From positions 2,294,001-2,358,000 of the forward strand of contig JBNJNM010000012.1 of the NCBI GenBank assembly GCA_052426225.1: DNA of 64,000 nt, in the 5' to 3' direction. Made by a program: the position numbers and the translations under genes. Positions 49,225-62,339 of this stretch are shown piece by piece. Positions within the stretch are counted from its first letter, which is position 1; every line of letters starts with the position of its first letter. The notes beneath the pieces were generated by a model. The model had not been told where the DNA came from. It did no database searches and saw only the letters and a program-made list of their open reading frames with translations. Source of the stretch: Zancudomyces culisetae HAW-14-8. Taxonomy: Eukaryota > Fungi > Kickxellomycota.

Positions 49225-49692
49225 CTAGTACAGCGGAATAGCCTTGAGTGCAATTGAGCCATGATCATTATTTATGGTTGCCTGGAGGGCCTCGTTCTTA
49301 TTCATCAAATCCAGTACCTGTTTGATACAGGATTCAAATACGGCTATTGTTTCGTATTTTTGTTTGCTAAATGCGGTTACCATAAAAACCCAGTTATTTC
49401 GTGAATTCCACACATCATCCAGTGTGAATTCAGAATTAACTCCTGTAGAATATTTCAAGTATATACGCATGTATAGTATCATCCATTTCTCAATAGCATC
49501 CTCTGGAATCCGTTTGAAGTTTTTGTTTACCTTTTCAACAAAAACAGAGTTAGTTATATGGCTATTGTGCTTCTCACTGCTACAGTAAGCCCAGGAGTAA
49601 CTGTTATCACCACATTTAAATCCAAACACAATCAGGATGCTGTATATAAAAGCAATTGTAATTGAATTTATTATTGATATTCTGGCTCCCAT
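49225..49692 (-). CDS. Orphan small protein with N-terminal signal/anchor (155 aa)
   Basis: ATG at 49692, hydrophobic N-terminus, then a helical-looking domain with protein-like composition. No family recognised. Confidence 0.6.
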   Translation of the reverse strand: MGARISIINSITIAFIYSILIVFGFKCGDNSYSWAYCSSEKHNSHITNSVFVEKVNKNFKRIPEDAIEKWMILYMRIYLKYSTGVNSEFTLDDVWNSRNNWVFMVTAFSKQKYETIAVFESCIKQVLDLMNKNEALQATINNDHGSIALKAIPLY

Positions 49693-51129
49693 CCTTTTCA
49701 CTTTTTTACTACTATTTTGTTGCTTGATAGCTCCTGGGTTTCAACACAACGGGATATCTGAGCTGCAATTGCTAATTTTGAAAAACACTGTTATCAAAAT
49801 TGTAATTATATGCTATAGTATATTGAAGTAATAATGATAGAATAGTATGGGACTAGGCAGTGTTTCAGAAAAGTGAAGAGGATATAAATAAATATTTGAT
49901 GGTCTAAACGGTGTTGACAGGCACAAAGTACCTGCGGTCTATACAATTTTGTTTTCATAAAGTGTAGAGTGAGTGGATGTGGATATTTTAACGTATTAAT
50001 ACCTGATCCCCAGAGTGAAGACATTTTCTTTATAAAGACGATTTTTGTTGATAAGCAGCATATAATTAAACTACACTGGGCAAACAAGTATAACCTTAAC
50101 ATCCGAATGCTACTTTTTGTTGATCAAACCAGTTTCTGGAAACCATCCAATGGAAAAGGGGCATCATTTTGAGAAGGAAATCCAAATGAAAGTTTGTTAA
50201 GCTTGAGTAGATACTAGCGAGGTTTCATCAGCTACTTTGAAAAACTACTCAAAAAGTACCTCCAAAGCAACAGCAACATCTCTAGATCCAAATATATACT
50301 CTCTGCGTTCAGCATGGAGCGTCGAAAAAAATGGCGCAATAAAAGTTGGTGTAACAGTAGTAACTATAATCATTGAGGTTTCTTGAGGAAGTATAAAATA
50401 CTGTTCTAAAGTCGTTTATAGACCACAAATTTGCCAATGAAAACAATAGTCAGTTGCCATCATCCCAATCAATCACATTCCTACCCAGCATGCAAACAAT
50501 ACACCCAATACAAAGACAAGATAAGACAGTATGCGTGTCACTATCGCTCGTTTTTGTGTTACGCAGTCCATATTGCAATTCGGTGTTATACTAGAGCTGT
50601 ATCATTTCCACGGAAAAATGCACTAGTAATGTGTTTTTTTATTATATGTTACAACTATTTCTAAGCAACTCTTGGCCAGAAAATGGATGCTTGCTTGTCT
50701 GTTTGTTTGGACTACATTTTTTTAGAACTTTTCTAATATCCTTGCAACCATTGGCTATTTCTAAAATAAGGTTTTGTTTTTGGGGATCATTCAAGTATAA
50801 AGTCAAGCCGTTTTAAAAAAAGAGCCACTTTTTGTAGTAGAAAAAACAAAATAGTCCCAAAATACCAACCGGAAAAATAAAGAAGCATTGGCTTGATTGC
50901 GACGACATCGCAAGATTTTTGTATTATTTTTATTTTTCCATTTCCATTGCCTTTTATATTGTTCTCTTTAGAAATACCAACTACCCTTTAAATCCAAATG
51001 GATGTGGTTAGAAAATCGATAGTTTCTTTTCAAGATTCTCAGCGAATTGCTATTTAAACAGATATTTTTGAGGTTTCCTTGGCAAAATATGCTTGAAAAA
51101 CATCCTCAATAAAGAGCAATTATTTTCAA

Positions 51130-54100
51130 ATGGTTTATACTACCGATGGTGTTAAAAGGATCTGCGATTGTAACTACGACAAATACCTGGCCGTAGCACG
51201 AACAGAAAGGGTATGGGGCTCGAGATTTTTGTGTGAAATCTTTTCCAAAAAATTTGTCCTGTTAAAAGCGACCACTAGAAAATACCACTATAGGAATTTT
51301 AAAATAGATTTTCTACAGCAAAGAATAGTCTGGGATTCCAGAAAAAAGATCCACAAGGGTAGAGGTAACAAATTGCTTTTGTTTATTATTATTATTTTTT
51401 TCATCGTTGGAATATATGTAACTGTGGTTTAAAATGGAATTTTGCTTAATATTAGTTAACTTTGAAGGAATTCAAGAGGTTCGTTTCGGTCAAAATGCTT
51501 TAAACAACAATGCGGATTCGGGAGCACCACCCGAACTGATCTTGCAGTATCGCATTGTTATACTGTACTTGGAGAATTATGTGAACAAGTCGCTGTGCGT
51601 TTCAGCCACGAATTTTAAGGACTATTTGGAGCTATTTTTGCTACTTAGATCAATTGTACGACTTAACAAGCCAGTGAACAGTATGAAGGATCAACTAATA
51701 TATGAGATGATTCGGGAATATAGACAAAGATACGACAACAAAGTCAGAAGTAAAAGCTTTCGATCGTTTTCCTCGATGTCTTCGTTTGAGATCGCTTACT
51801 TGGAGCGGGTATCGCTCAAAAACTCAATGAAACTTAACAATGCAGATAAATTGTTAAAAAGATCCAAAAAATTAGAGCGAGTTAGAGAAGTTTCCGTTGT
51901 TAAATTGGAGTCTCTGGTGAGTAGGTATAATTTGGTTTACTCGAAGGTTTTTGGGGGAGCAGATATGTATCCCGAGCTATTAAGGAAAAGTAGGATTTTT
52001 TTTGAAACCAATGCAACGCAATCTACAAACTCTCTTATTCATAGTACTTCGCTTGGTGGATTGGACTTGAATACTTTTGCCAATTTTATTCTCAAGATCC
52101 AAAATGAGGATGTCGATATGGAATCAATCCACAGAATCTACTCTATCTATACAGAAAATAATAGAAACATGACTGGATATGAACTTGTGTGCTACTTAAA
52201 ATCGCATTTCAACTCTGTTCTAAACTATTCAAATAAAGAATCAGCAAACTTGGATTTTCCGCTAAATGACTATTATATTTCGAGTAGCCATAATACATAT
52301 CTGCTTGGAGACCAACTACTTGGCGTATCGTCCGTAGAGGGATACGTTAGAGCGCTGCTACGCGGTTGTAGATGCGTAGAACTTGATTGTTGGGACGGTG
52401 TGCTGGGAGAACCTGTCATATGCCATGGAAAAGCGTTGACCGGCAAAATATCGTTTGTAGAAGTCATCAGAACGATAAAGAAGTATGCTTTTGTGAGCAC
52501 ATCTTCCCCACTAATTCTATCACTTGAGCTGAGGTGTTCTGTAATAACACAGCAGAAAATTGCAACGATTCTCAGGACTGTACTGGGCTCTAGTCTGGCT
52601 GATAAGAGGATGGACTTTATAGAAGGGATGCCGTCACCAAATGATTTGAGATACAAAATTTTAGTTAAAAGCAAAGTGATTAATGGAGGTACAGAGTCAC
52701 CTATTGTATTCCAACCACATAAAAACCCACCTTTGGGTCCTCAACAGAAATCAGCAGTATGTGGAAAAATAGCGAAAGAGTTATCTGATTTGGCTGTTTA
52801 CCTAAAAGGGACAACGTTGACCGGGATCACCAACAGTATGATTGAATCTGGAGCCATAGTATCACTTTCAGAGTACATGGCCGAAGATCTGTGCAAGTCA
52901 TGCACCAAGCACTTTATAGAAACGAACAAGTCTATCTTCACTAGGGTATACCCTGCATTTTCAAAAATTACGTCAGTTAACTACGATCCTATGCAGTTCT
53001 GGGGTGTGGGGGTCCAGATGGTGGCGCTTAATTTTCAAACAAACGACCGGTTTATGATGATACATGATGCGTTTTTCAGACAATCTCTAGGTACAGGTTA
53101 TGTCTTGAAGCCACAAACACTGCGTGAGACTACTCGTATATCCGAGAAAAATGCCACTGTATCACCCAAAAAAGAATGTTTTTCTGGATCAACGACTTTT
53201 ATACACCACAGAACTTCATTTTCAAGTGCTTTGAAAGAGCAAGCTACTAATGGATCTACATTTGAAGAACGAGAAGTTACGGACAATTCTGACAAGTATG
53301 TATCTATTGAATTTCTTTCGGCTGAGATGGGAAATTTTGATTTTTCTAGCTTTTTTAGTGATGGTTTAGCATGCGGTATAAATGTGGAATATGCGAATAC
53401 CCACCCTCCACAATTGGTTTCAGATCCATTTAAACTAGCCGCACTAGTCAGGAAATATGGTAATAGGAATTCGAGCAAAGATCTTCTTTCAGGATTTAGC
53501 AAACACATCACCACGCACTCAAAGCGTGCAATTTATCTAGATTTTTTACGGAATGGTGCTAAAAAGTTGTTAACAAGGCCGCAGCGCAGCCGAGAAGACG
53601 AAACGCGTGAAAACAATGAGAATTTTTATTCCACTGAATCCTACAACACTTCTGTTGCTGGTTATACCATGTACAACCGCGAAAGGCTTAATCACGCAAT
53701 ACGCAAATTGTCCAAATCACATCCGACAAAATTTGGTAAAATATCAAAAAAAAACCCCTTAAAACTACTTTCCTTCACCTCTACCGATTCTGTAAATCCC
53801 GATATAACGTACCGAACTAAACCCAGTCCAATTGTCACTGGCTACTCATATACCTTTTTTCAGCATGAGAAAGTAGTGCTGCATCACTACGACCCCACCT
53901 TGACAGTCGTGAAATTTTCGTTGTATCTTCATCAGGGTCACCCGCGCAGACCGCCATCTTTATCCGATGCTGTAAAATCTAGAAGTAGAAAACCCAGATT
54001 CATCTCTTTTACTGAAAATCGACATCCAATTTGTTCTGGCCAAAATGCTAGATCACCACCTGTTGCAACTTTTTCAGCTTCCCAAGGCGTCGAAATCGCA

Positions 54101-54259
54101 AATTTTTATCTGTCCCTAAACGACTTGAAACATGGGTACAGATTTCTAGATTTGACACCAACTCAAAACCTTTCCAACCATCTACGCCCTATGAACCGGA
54201 CTTTCGCCAGCCCATCAATACTTGTCCGCATTTCCGATTTTCATAGTGTCAAAGGGTAG
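51130..54259 (+). CDS. PLC1: Phosphoinositide-specific phospholipase C (delta/Plc1 type)
   Basis: Exons 51130-51364 and 51456-54259. PH-like IQEVRFGQNA, X box (YYISSSHNTYL, GCRCVELDCWDG, CHG), Y box (RVYP, QMVALNFQT, GYVLKP) and C2 end LKHGYRFL. Confidence 0.94.
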
Positions 54260-55009
54260 CAATATTTTAACGATATAATTAAACCCACCTATCAATTCAC
54301 AGAGGCCTGTTTTCCATAAGCATAGTACTTGTATTATTACTCTTGTCTATCCTAATATACTATTTTTTATGGCTGGTCAGTGCCCTCGCTTAACATTGTT
54401 TGAAGAGTTCTACATATTCAAACTTTCTAAATAATAAAAATACTTTTTATTTATTCAGAACTAGCCTTTTTTTCTATTCGAAAATGCATACAAATAATTT
54501 GGCATGCCCTCAATTGTACTCACGTATTATGCCCATACCTACTTCTATGTAAAAAGAAGGTGTGTATGGAGTTAATCCTTGCAACATGGCTATATCTTGA
54601 TTGCTGATCTTTTGGTTTTTACTTTTTTTTTAATATACAAATTTGCTACATTACTTCATCTTAATAATCAGGTTTATCTAAAATACAAAAGCTAGACATT
54701 TAGTTCGCAGATCAAACAAAAAAAAAACACACGAATTAGCCAATTAGCGGGCTCTATTCAAGCAAAAAGTATATTTAAAAAATAAAAAGCAAATCAAGCA
54801 AATTAAAGTAAAATTAAATATACAAAATTAAATTACAAGGAAAATAAACAGTATAACTAATATTCTTCTACTTTAAACTTGGTTAAACGCTCCCGAAATT
54901 CAAGTAACAGATAACTTTGTATTTTATAAACGGCTTTGCTTCGTTATTCTTTATTTACGGTTTAATAGCACAAAGGACTTAATTCTAGACACCGTCTGAT
55001 GTTGGCTAT

Positions 55010-57858
55010 ATGGAGGACAAAAAAATAGAATATATAAATGCGGGAATTAGATGTCTCAAAACAAACAAAAATGAAGAAGCGATCAGAATATTTTCAAAGG
55101 TATTGCACTGTTACAATATATATATTCATCTTGCCGAATGTTGGTATTCAATAATATTGTTGCCGTATGCTTGTATGCTGGTCGTAGACAAGCGGTAATG
55201 CACACTTTATAATGCCAAAATGCGATAAAAGCAATATAAACAAAAATATATCTAGATTATCGAAGAAAATGTGGGCGACAAGTCGATTTCAAAAGTATAC
55301 GAATATCGGTCTACTTCGTATTATATACTAAAGCGGTATGACGAGTCGCTGAAAGATGCCCAAAAGGCCATGCTGATGAACCCCAAATCCCCAAATGTAA
55401 GTATTTATACCTCTCTCTTCTTTGCTTATTCTTTTCTCTCCTTTATACATTATTTTTTTCTAGTATTCCTTACCACCACAATGCTATTCAGCTCAAGTAG
55501 CATATAATATTTGAACATTTTATATATATCAAATTTAGGCATATAAAAGAGTTGCAATGTCATTATGGTCATTGGATAAAAAGCAAGCGGCGGTTAAGGT
55601 TCTTCAGAATGGAGTAACCGTTTCTGACAAGTCAGATAATTCATATAAAGTGAGAAACTATTTTTTTTACTCGTGCTTAGACACTACTTTTTTTTGCGAT
55701 AGGGGAAATGATCCGTAGAAAGTATTTGAATGTAAAACTTTGTTATATTTATAGAAGCTACAAGAGTCGCTTAAAAGGCTAACAATAAGTATTGCTGAGA
55801 TAAAAAACGTGCATAATAAGGTACTACAAACTGTCATATATTAAATTTTGTGTATTTTCACTTTTACTTTTATTTTTGTGTTATTTATAGGCTATAGTAT
55901 GTTGTTAAACTAAATCCCCTACATAAAAATACCGAATATAGAAAACTATAGACCCACTAGATCTACTTCCTTTTGATATAATTATCATGATATTTTCTCA
56001 TTTTAAGCTTTCGGATATGTACTCTCTCAGAGGAGTATCTCGAAAGTGGAAAAAATACATCGAGGCCTGCGATTTTCTGTGGAGAACCTTGGACTTCAAT
56101 GTTAGTCCACCCCCTTCAATCATTCCCAGATCGGTATACACAAGTGAAAATGGTGCGTGTTGTGAAGATACCTTCCCGCAAAACCAATGCTACAACCTTG
56201 TATCATTTGGGAGAAAAGATATTGCTTTATCGGAATCATCATATTTACTTGGTTTGAAATGCGCGAAATCGAGCTTGAGGTCGATTATCGTACCAAATGG
56301 GAAAATGCTAACCAAAGGCTCGATTGTAGAGATATTTACTAGACGAAGGCCCAATTTGGAAACTATTGCGCTTGGAAGGTTGCATAAACTAAATAATCCA
56401 CAGATTATACAACCACTCATCAAGTATGTCCTTGATACCAATCGTCTTAAAACTTTGTGTTTGAGCTATAATGTTGCACTCACTAGCGTGATGGTTTATG
56501 AGCTTGGTATACGATGCAGTTCCCTCAAAATTCTCGACGTTTCGGGTTGTCCCAATGTAAATTGGGTCATTGTAACAGCTCAAGCCGGCAAAATTGGCGA
56601 GTCCAAGTGGATGCAAAACCTTGAGGAGCTGTACGTCAATGATCAGTTGGAAAATCTAGTTTTGATCTCGCAGTATGCAAAGAAAAAGGGCTTTGAGCTG
56701 CCCAAGCTCCACACAATCTCGCTTTCGTGGAATATGAACAGAAGCAGACATTACTTTGCCAATAAAAATGAGATTGATTTTGATAATAATCCGTTTATTA
56801 GGGGTCCCACCCACCTAACAAGTTGGGACTCTTATCCAAACATCAAAAATGTGTGCTTGGATGGACATTTTGATTATTATACGCCCGGAATTGACGAGGG
56901 TTACACTAACAGACACATTTATGGATCACAAACCCCTAATAATGACAACAAAAAAAGTCCGAGCTGGACCGTATTTTCAGCAGCGCAAGCGACAAAATTA
57001 TCCAGCTCAATATTTTGCCACTGGCTTCGTGATTCGCGGGGTATTAGAGTTTTGGACCTGAGTGGTGCAGTCCAATTAGATAACGAAGCTGCGAGCCTGA
57101 TTTCCACCCGCTCGCCCTATTTAATCAGTCTGAATATCAGCGGATGTGTTGGATTTTCTCTTGAGGACTTGACCCGAATTGTTCGGTCCACGCTTTTGCG
57201 CCAACTCAAGTACTTGAATTTGAGCAACACTGTTGCCGATAACAGCGTCGCGTTTGAAATTGCCTCAAATTTAAACTGCTGCTTAGAAAAATTAATTTTG
57301 GACTCCACATCTATTTCGGGTGTAGGGTTAGTGGCCATTGCAAAAGCTGCACATAGCTTGGGACTCAACACTGGTGCTTCTAGTTCCGCTACGGAACACA
57401 GCACTTTCACAGCTTTAGAGAGCTATGGAACTAATGCTAATAGGACTACAGACCCAGTCCTCAACCAGACCCCAGTTTTTGGCTATCAATCTGCTACTAA
57501 AACTTCAAATCCTCTGAACAAGCGGAAGTTTTTGTCGACATCTTCTCACTCCTCATCGTCATCAGTTTCCCCTATTTTTGGTTCTCAGAAAAACTCCAAA
57601 AGGCTTTTACACGCGTCACCTATGCCAACTGGTCTTCCTATGGAAGTAGAGCCTCTGCCTCAAAGGGACACCGTTATCGATGGGCAATCGTATTTCCACG
57701 AATCTATCCCCGACATGACACTGCCGTCCATTTCCTCCAGACTAAAGCTAATTTCTGTAAACAAGTGTCAAAACATTGGGATCGATGCTGTTAACGCCGC
57801 AAGACTCTGGCTGAGCAATATAGATGCCAAAATATCATATTTTTTTGGAAAGTCCTAA
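55010..57858 (+). CDS. TPR + F-box + LRR protein (Dia2/Pof3-like SCF adaptor)
   Basis: Exons 55010-55099, 55256-55396, 55539-55649, 55755-55820 and 55942-57858. TPR (YDESLKDAQKAMLMNPKSPNAY), F-box (DPLDLLPFDIIIMIFSHF...VSRKWK) and LRRs (LKILDVSGC, LNISGC). Confidence 0.88.
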
Positions 57859-58249
57859 GATGTACTACTACTCATCACCAATACTGCTTATTTGGTATTG
57901 TTCTTGCTTCTAGTTCGATTTACTTGCTGTGTAGAGTATGTACAAACGGTTGAGGGTTGGATGTGCCTTTAAAAGTCAAAGGTCATGTTGCTAAATCTAG
58001 TATGAAGTTACACATGTAGTATTTTGTAGCAGGGCCAATGTATATTGATAGTTGGTTTTTATCATTGTTGGTTCTTCATAATTTTAGATACTTGAACGTA
58101 AATGAGTGGAGTATTTTCGGCTAATACGTTAATTTATATTTGCCTGCATAGAAAAAATGATACAAGCTTGTTGTTATAATGCAGTGATTCTTTAGTCTGG
58201 GTTCCAACTTGGATCCAAATGCCAATAATGCTGTAGTTGAAGTGTTAAT

Positions 58250-58950
58250 CATTTGTAAACCTATGTCGGCCCTAATTTTACTTTTCTCTTTATGGGAAAA
58301 TGGGTGCGAAATCATAAGAATAAGGCAATCCGAATTTTTCTATTCACTTTTTTGGTGGATTTGGAGGGTTTTTTATTGGGAAAATTGCAAAACACCTCAT
58401 AGCAAGGTAGCGCTTTGATGCAGATTAGAGGTTTAAGCTGAGTATTAGCTCTGCAACAAAATGTGTTTCAAGCTGGACGGCTCGTCGTGGACAACATTGT
58501 TAAAAAAGCGTGAATCAACTTTTGGATTGAACTTTGCATCAGGTAATGGTAAAAAGTAATAAATACCGCATTTTTGAAACACATTTGGATGCAGATCTAG
58601 GTTTAAAATTATACTCAGGGTTAGAACCAGAACTGGAAGTACAAGCTATACTATATTAGGATTTGGGTGCACAGTCTGGTGTGGTGGGGTGAGGTATTAG
58701 CATGGCTGTTTCTGATTAAGCGTAAGGCCTACGCTGAGCATTTATGTGTGTCGCGACTTTTTAGAACTGAAGGAGTCAGCGTGTTAGAATTGAAAGCAGG
58801 GTTTTAGCGACCAACCTCCCCACATCGTAGGTCTGGGAAAGAGATGGCATTACATCTGGAGAGCCACTTCACCAGCTGCTGAGAATCCTTCTAAAGGGTT
58901 CTAGGCGCTAGAAGGCCAGTATTGGTTTCATAGTAGTGCTAAACCGTTCA
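58250..58950 (-). ncRNA. Candidate structured ncRNA; possible telomerase RNA
   Basis: Intergenic segment without a credible CDS and with several long helices. Minus-strand CUAACCCU (58624-58617) lies 1 nt 3' of a 13-bp bulged hairpin. Boundaries are approximate. Confidence 0.35.
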
Positions 58951-59543
58951 CCACATTGATTATTGGTCATGATTTTTGGGGTTCAATCAACCAAAAAAAA
59001 AAAATCGTGATGAAAAACAAAAATTGGCAATTACAATAGGAAAATTACGGATGGGAAATCAACCAATTATGCACCGTATAAGCCAGCATAAATTGTTAAA
59101 GTTTGTTTTTTTTTAAAATGAAATAACCTGTTTCTTCAACTTTGTTTCAAACATGAGCTCGGCTAGCCCTCGCTTATTTTGATATACTTATATGCGCTTT
59201 TTACGCGCTCTTTGTTCGTGTTGATTTATTAATGTGTTATACTGAAGAGGCTGACTATACTGTCGCGGGTTTGTACTATAATTTTAATTTTTAGTGAATA
59301 TCTATTAATCACCACACCTCCCTTTGACTGTAATTGTAAGTGCAATTCTATCCTCTAAACACATTTTTCCAATTCTAGATTCTAGGCCCAATTATTTTTA
59401 CCTTTTTTTTGTTATTTGTTTTTCCCTCTTGTTAATAACATTCAACGTTATTTGTACCATGCTTTAGATAAATGACAGTAACCAGCAATTTGAAATTAAA
59501 AACTATCCAGTAAGTTTATAACAAAAACAAGAACGAAAGTATA

Positions 59544-62203
59544 ATGTACAACAAACAGCGAGAAGAGAATTTTAGTGAGCTACTTTGGCTCCGAAAGCGT
59601 TGTTTGAATACAACGCGCATTGGCAGCAGGAAAATGATGTCCGTGTACACAAGCATATATCCGAATAAAACCGAGTATAATATAAACGCGCCTGAATACT
59701 TTTGGAGGAAATTTTCGCCAGACGGGAAGGTTTGTGTGTTTTTACAAGATAAATTGTCAGATATGTTTGGTGTGCGGGTGTTATAAATTGGACTACTTGC
59801 TAATACAAGATATATTTCTATCTTTTGCAGTATCTTGTAGGGTTTAAGACCGATTTAACTGGAGTTGGTGTGTATCGATTGGATAAGACTAGCATAAACA
59901 ACAACGAAAGTGAGGCAGATAACAGGTAAACTTCCGACATTCCAAAATACTACTTTTGGCTGTTGTATATCTGTCCATGCTGGCTGCATCACTGTCTTTT
60001 TCCTGCCTTGTCTGTTTTCTCAACTATACCTTTTTAACGGAAATGATAGGTTTACACAAATGTTTACACCAGTATGGGATAAAAACCTTGTTGAGAATGG
60101 GGAGGTATTAAGCAGAGATTTCTTATTGTTTGTTTCGGGTGGTAAGAGGGTAAGATCGCTGGAAAAACTATTTTTTATCATTTTATTACTATTGCTGACA
60201 TTTTTTCTCTAAACCACAGTAATTATAATAAAATCGAAAGGCTACAGTAATACTCATAACCGTACTAATAACTATAGATACTAGTCGCGTCTACAAAAAT
60301 GACCAGAGAGTCTCCGAGAAAGACACAGTGTGATTTGCCAGGAACAGTCTTTTTGGAAGATATTACTTTTTTTGTTCTTGATTTGGAAAATGGAAAGGTA
60401 AGCGGAACATATTAAGATGTTTCGTTAATTTCTAATATTATACACTCTCCCCCTGCAAAAAAAAATTATTTAACGACGATCCGATTATCTGGGAAACATA
60501 TAGACGCTGTCGAAAAAAGTCTTTATTGCAGATTATATTAATCTTCAAGGCCATAGTGGTGTCAGTTTATATCAAGACCTGCTTAGCATAATCTCCGTAA
60601 AGTACCAGAGTCTTTACATTGTTCGCATTTTGGTAATTTAACAATATATTTTACTTTGCCTATACTTTGTCGATGTTTATTATAGTTACGACTGATATTT
60701 TGAATCAAGAAAAGAAAAAAGATCTTGATTTGAGCGCTACAAACTGTTTTTGTGGTGAAAAAATAGTTATAATAATATATAAATGTGTACATCATGATAG
60801 CCTGATGGAGGACTGATGGATGCGATGGAAATTGGATGGAATTTATTTGATGACGACCAGCTGGTCCAGATACTACCTCAACAACCCGAAGAAGAAAAGA
60901 CAAAGAAGGTTGCTCGCCTAAAACGAAAAAGAAACGCTCGCACCGCATTTGGTGAGGAGGAGAGTCCTGGGATGACAACAGGAACAGAGACAGAAGCAAA
61001 CCCTCGGCCGATACTCAGGCGGCGGTTGAGAGTAGAAGTTACCACCCTAGATGGAAGCGACCCGGTTTCCTACATACTTCACCATAATAATGTGAGTATG
61101 ACACCTTTTTGTCCTCTTGCCTTGGCATTTTTATATCAATTGATAAACTGCAGCTACTAAAAAGCATAAACCTTTAACTTTTTTTTTAATCGTGCTTCTT
61201 TACTATAGTTTATTACAGGGGATAGGTTGAACACTTCAAGATCGGGTCTCTACCTGCTACAGGATCGTAACAACGATTCAAACTCTACTTTTTTTGGTGA
61301 GGAACAACGGGTATTTAGTGGGATCAAACAAAGAATGCTTTCGTTTTTATATAAACAGGCCTTGAAGGCTCAAGACCCGTAAGTAACACACTATTTATAT
61401 TGGTGTAACGCCCCAATTTCTACTAAACTCTTCATATCTACTGTAGTTTGTGCTCCTTGATGAATTTTTACTCGCAATTTGCAAAGTACGAGAACATGAT
61501 GTTGTGGAAATCACAATTTATAAACAGAAACGTGGTTTTGCTCAAATTTGGGATTTTCCCACACGTATGTTTGAGACAGTCGCATTCAATCAATTCATCT
61601 GCATTGTCTCCATCTGTGTTTATGATTTACAACATTCTAACTACCCAGGTTTATACAGTCATGGAAAATAGCTCCAAGGCATTCTTGGAGTTTTGTGAAA
61701 GCAACTTTGATTCGTTTTACTACCCTATGACTTCAACCTTTCTGCTACAGTCTGAATACGCACTGACTTCAACTCTTGCGAATGAAGTCGTCTGTAGAGA
61801 GTACAACGAACACATTCGCGAAAATATGAGCTTGGCTAGACACCTTGGGAGTGCCCAGGCAACTAGAAAGTTTTTATCCTTTCTACCATTTCCCCCTCAG
61901 TTTACATGTGACTCGTTCTATTTTGATCACTCGCTCTTTAAGCCAATTCCACGAGTCAGAAACGCCATTGAGCAGCACCGACCCACTTCTTTTACTCTTC
62001 CTGTTTGCTTTTATGGCAGAAAGTCGGGGCAGCTGAAGTTCAATATCTCACCCATGGCGGAATCCCAGACTCCGCTTGCCGGGCTTTCCAGATTTTCCTC
62101 TGTATCTTATATTGTACATCCATTTCTGCCGATATTTCTGAGCACTTTACATACCCAAAACCAAGTAAACGCGAATTTGTTTAACATACATTTCCACCAG
62201 TAA
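59544..62203 (+). CDS. DET1: De-etiolated 1 (DET1) homolog, CRL4/DDB1 adaptor, about 8 exons
   Basis: The spliced product has RKFSPDGKY, GIKQRMLSFLY, LWKSQF, VMENSS, LPFPPQ..SFYFDHSLF, FYGRKSGQLKF and HPFLP, all matching animal/plant DET1 blocks. The start codon is uncertain. Confidence 0.87.
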
Positions 62204-62310
62204 CTAAGCCACGTGCATGTGTTTTTTTACTCAATAAACGGTGTTTATTATACTTTATCATTATTTATAATAGTATTATTACCACTATAATCACTGTTAT
62301 CAATATTAAT

Positions 62311-62339
62311 ACTATTACTATTACTATTACTATTATTAA
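62311..62339. repeat. (TAC/TAT)n low-complexity repeat
   Basis: actatt-type tandem units seen directly. Confidence 0.8.

Noticed and set aside
58400-58950. RNase P/MRP, U3, spliceosomal snRNA or TPP riboswitch identity for the structured locus
   Set aside because: The diagnostic CR-I/CR-V, box A/A', snRNA or TPP core motifs were not found on either strand.
55010-62203. Functional cluster of ubiquitin-ligase adaptors (Dia2-like, DET1, with ARMC8 further away)
   Set aside because: They belong to different complexes, and adjacency alone is not evidence in a eukaryote.
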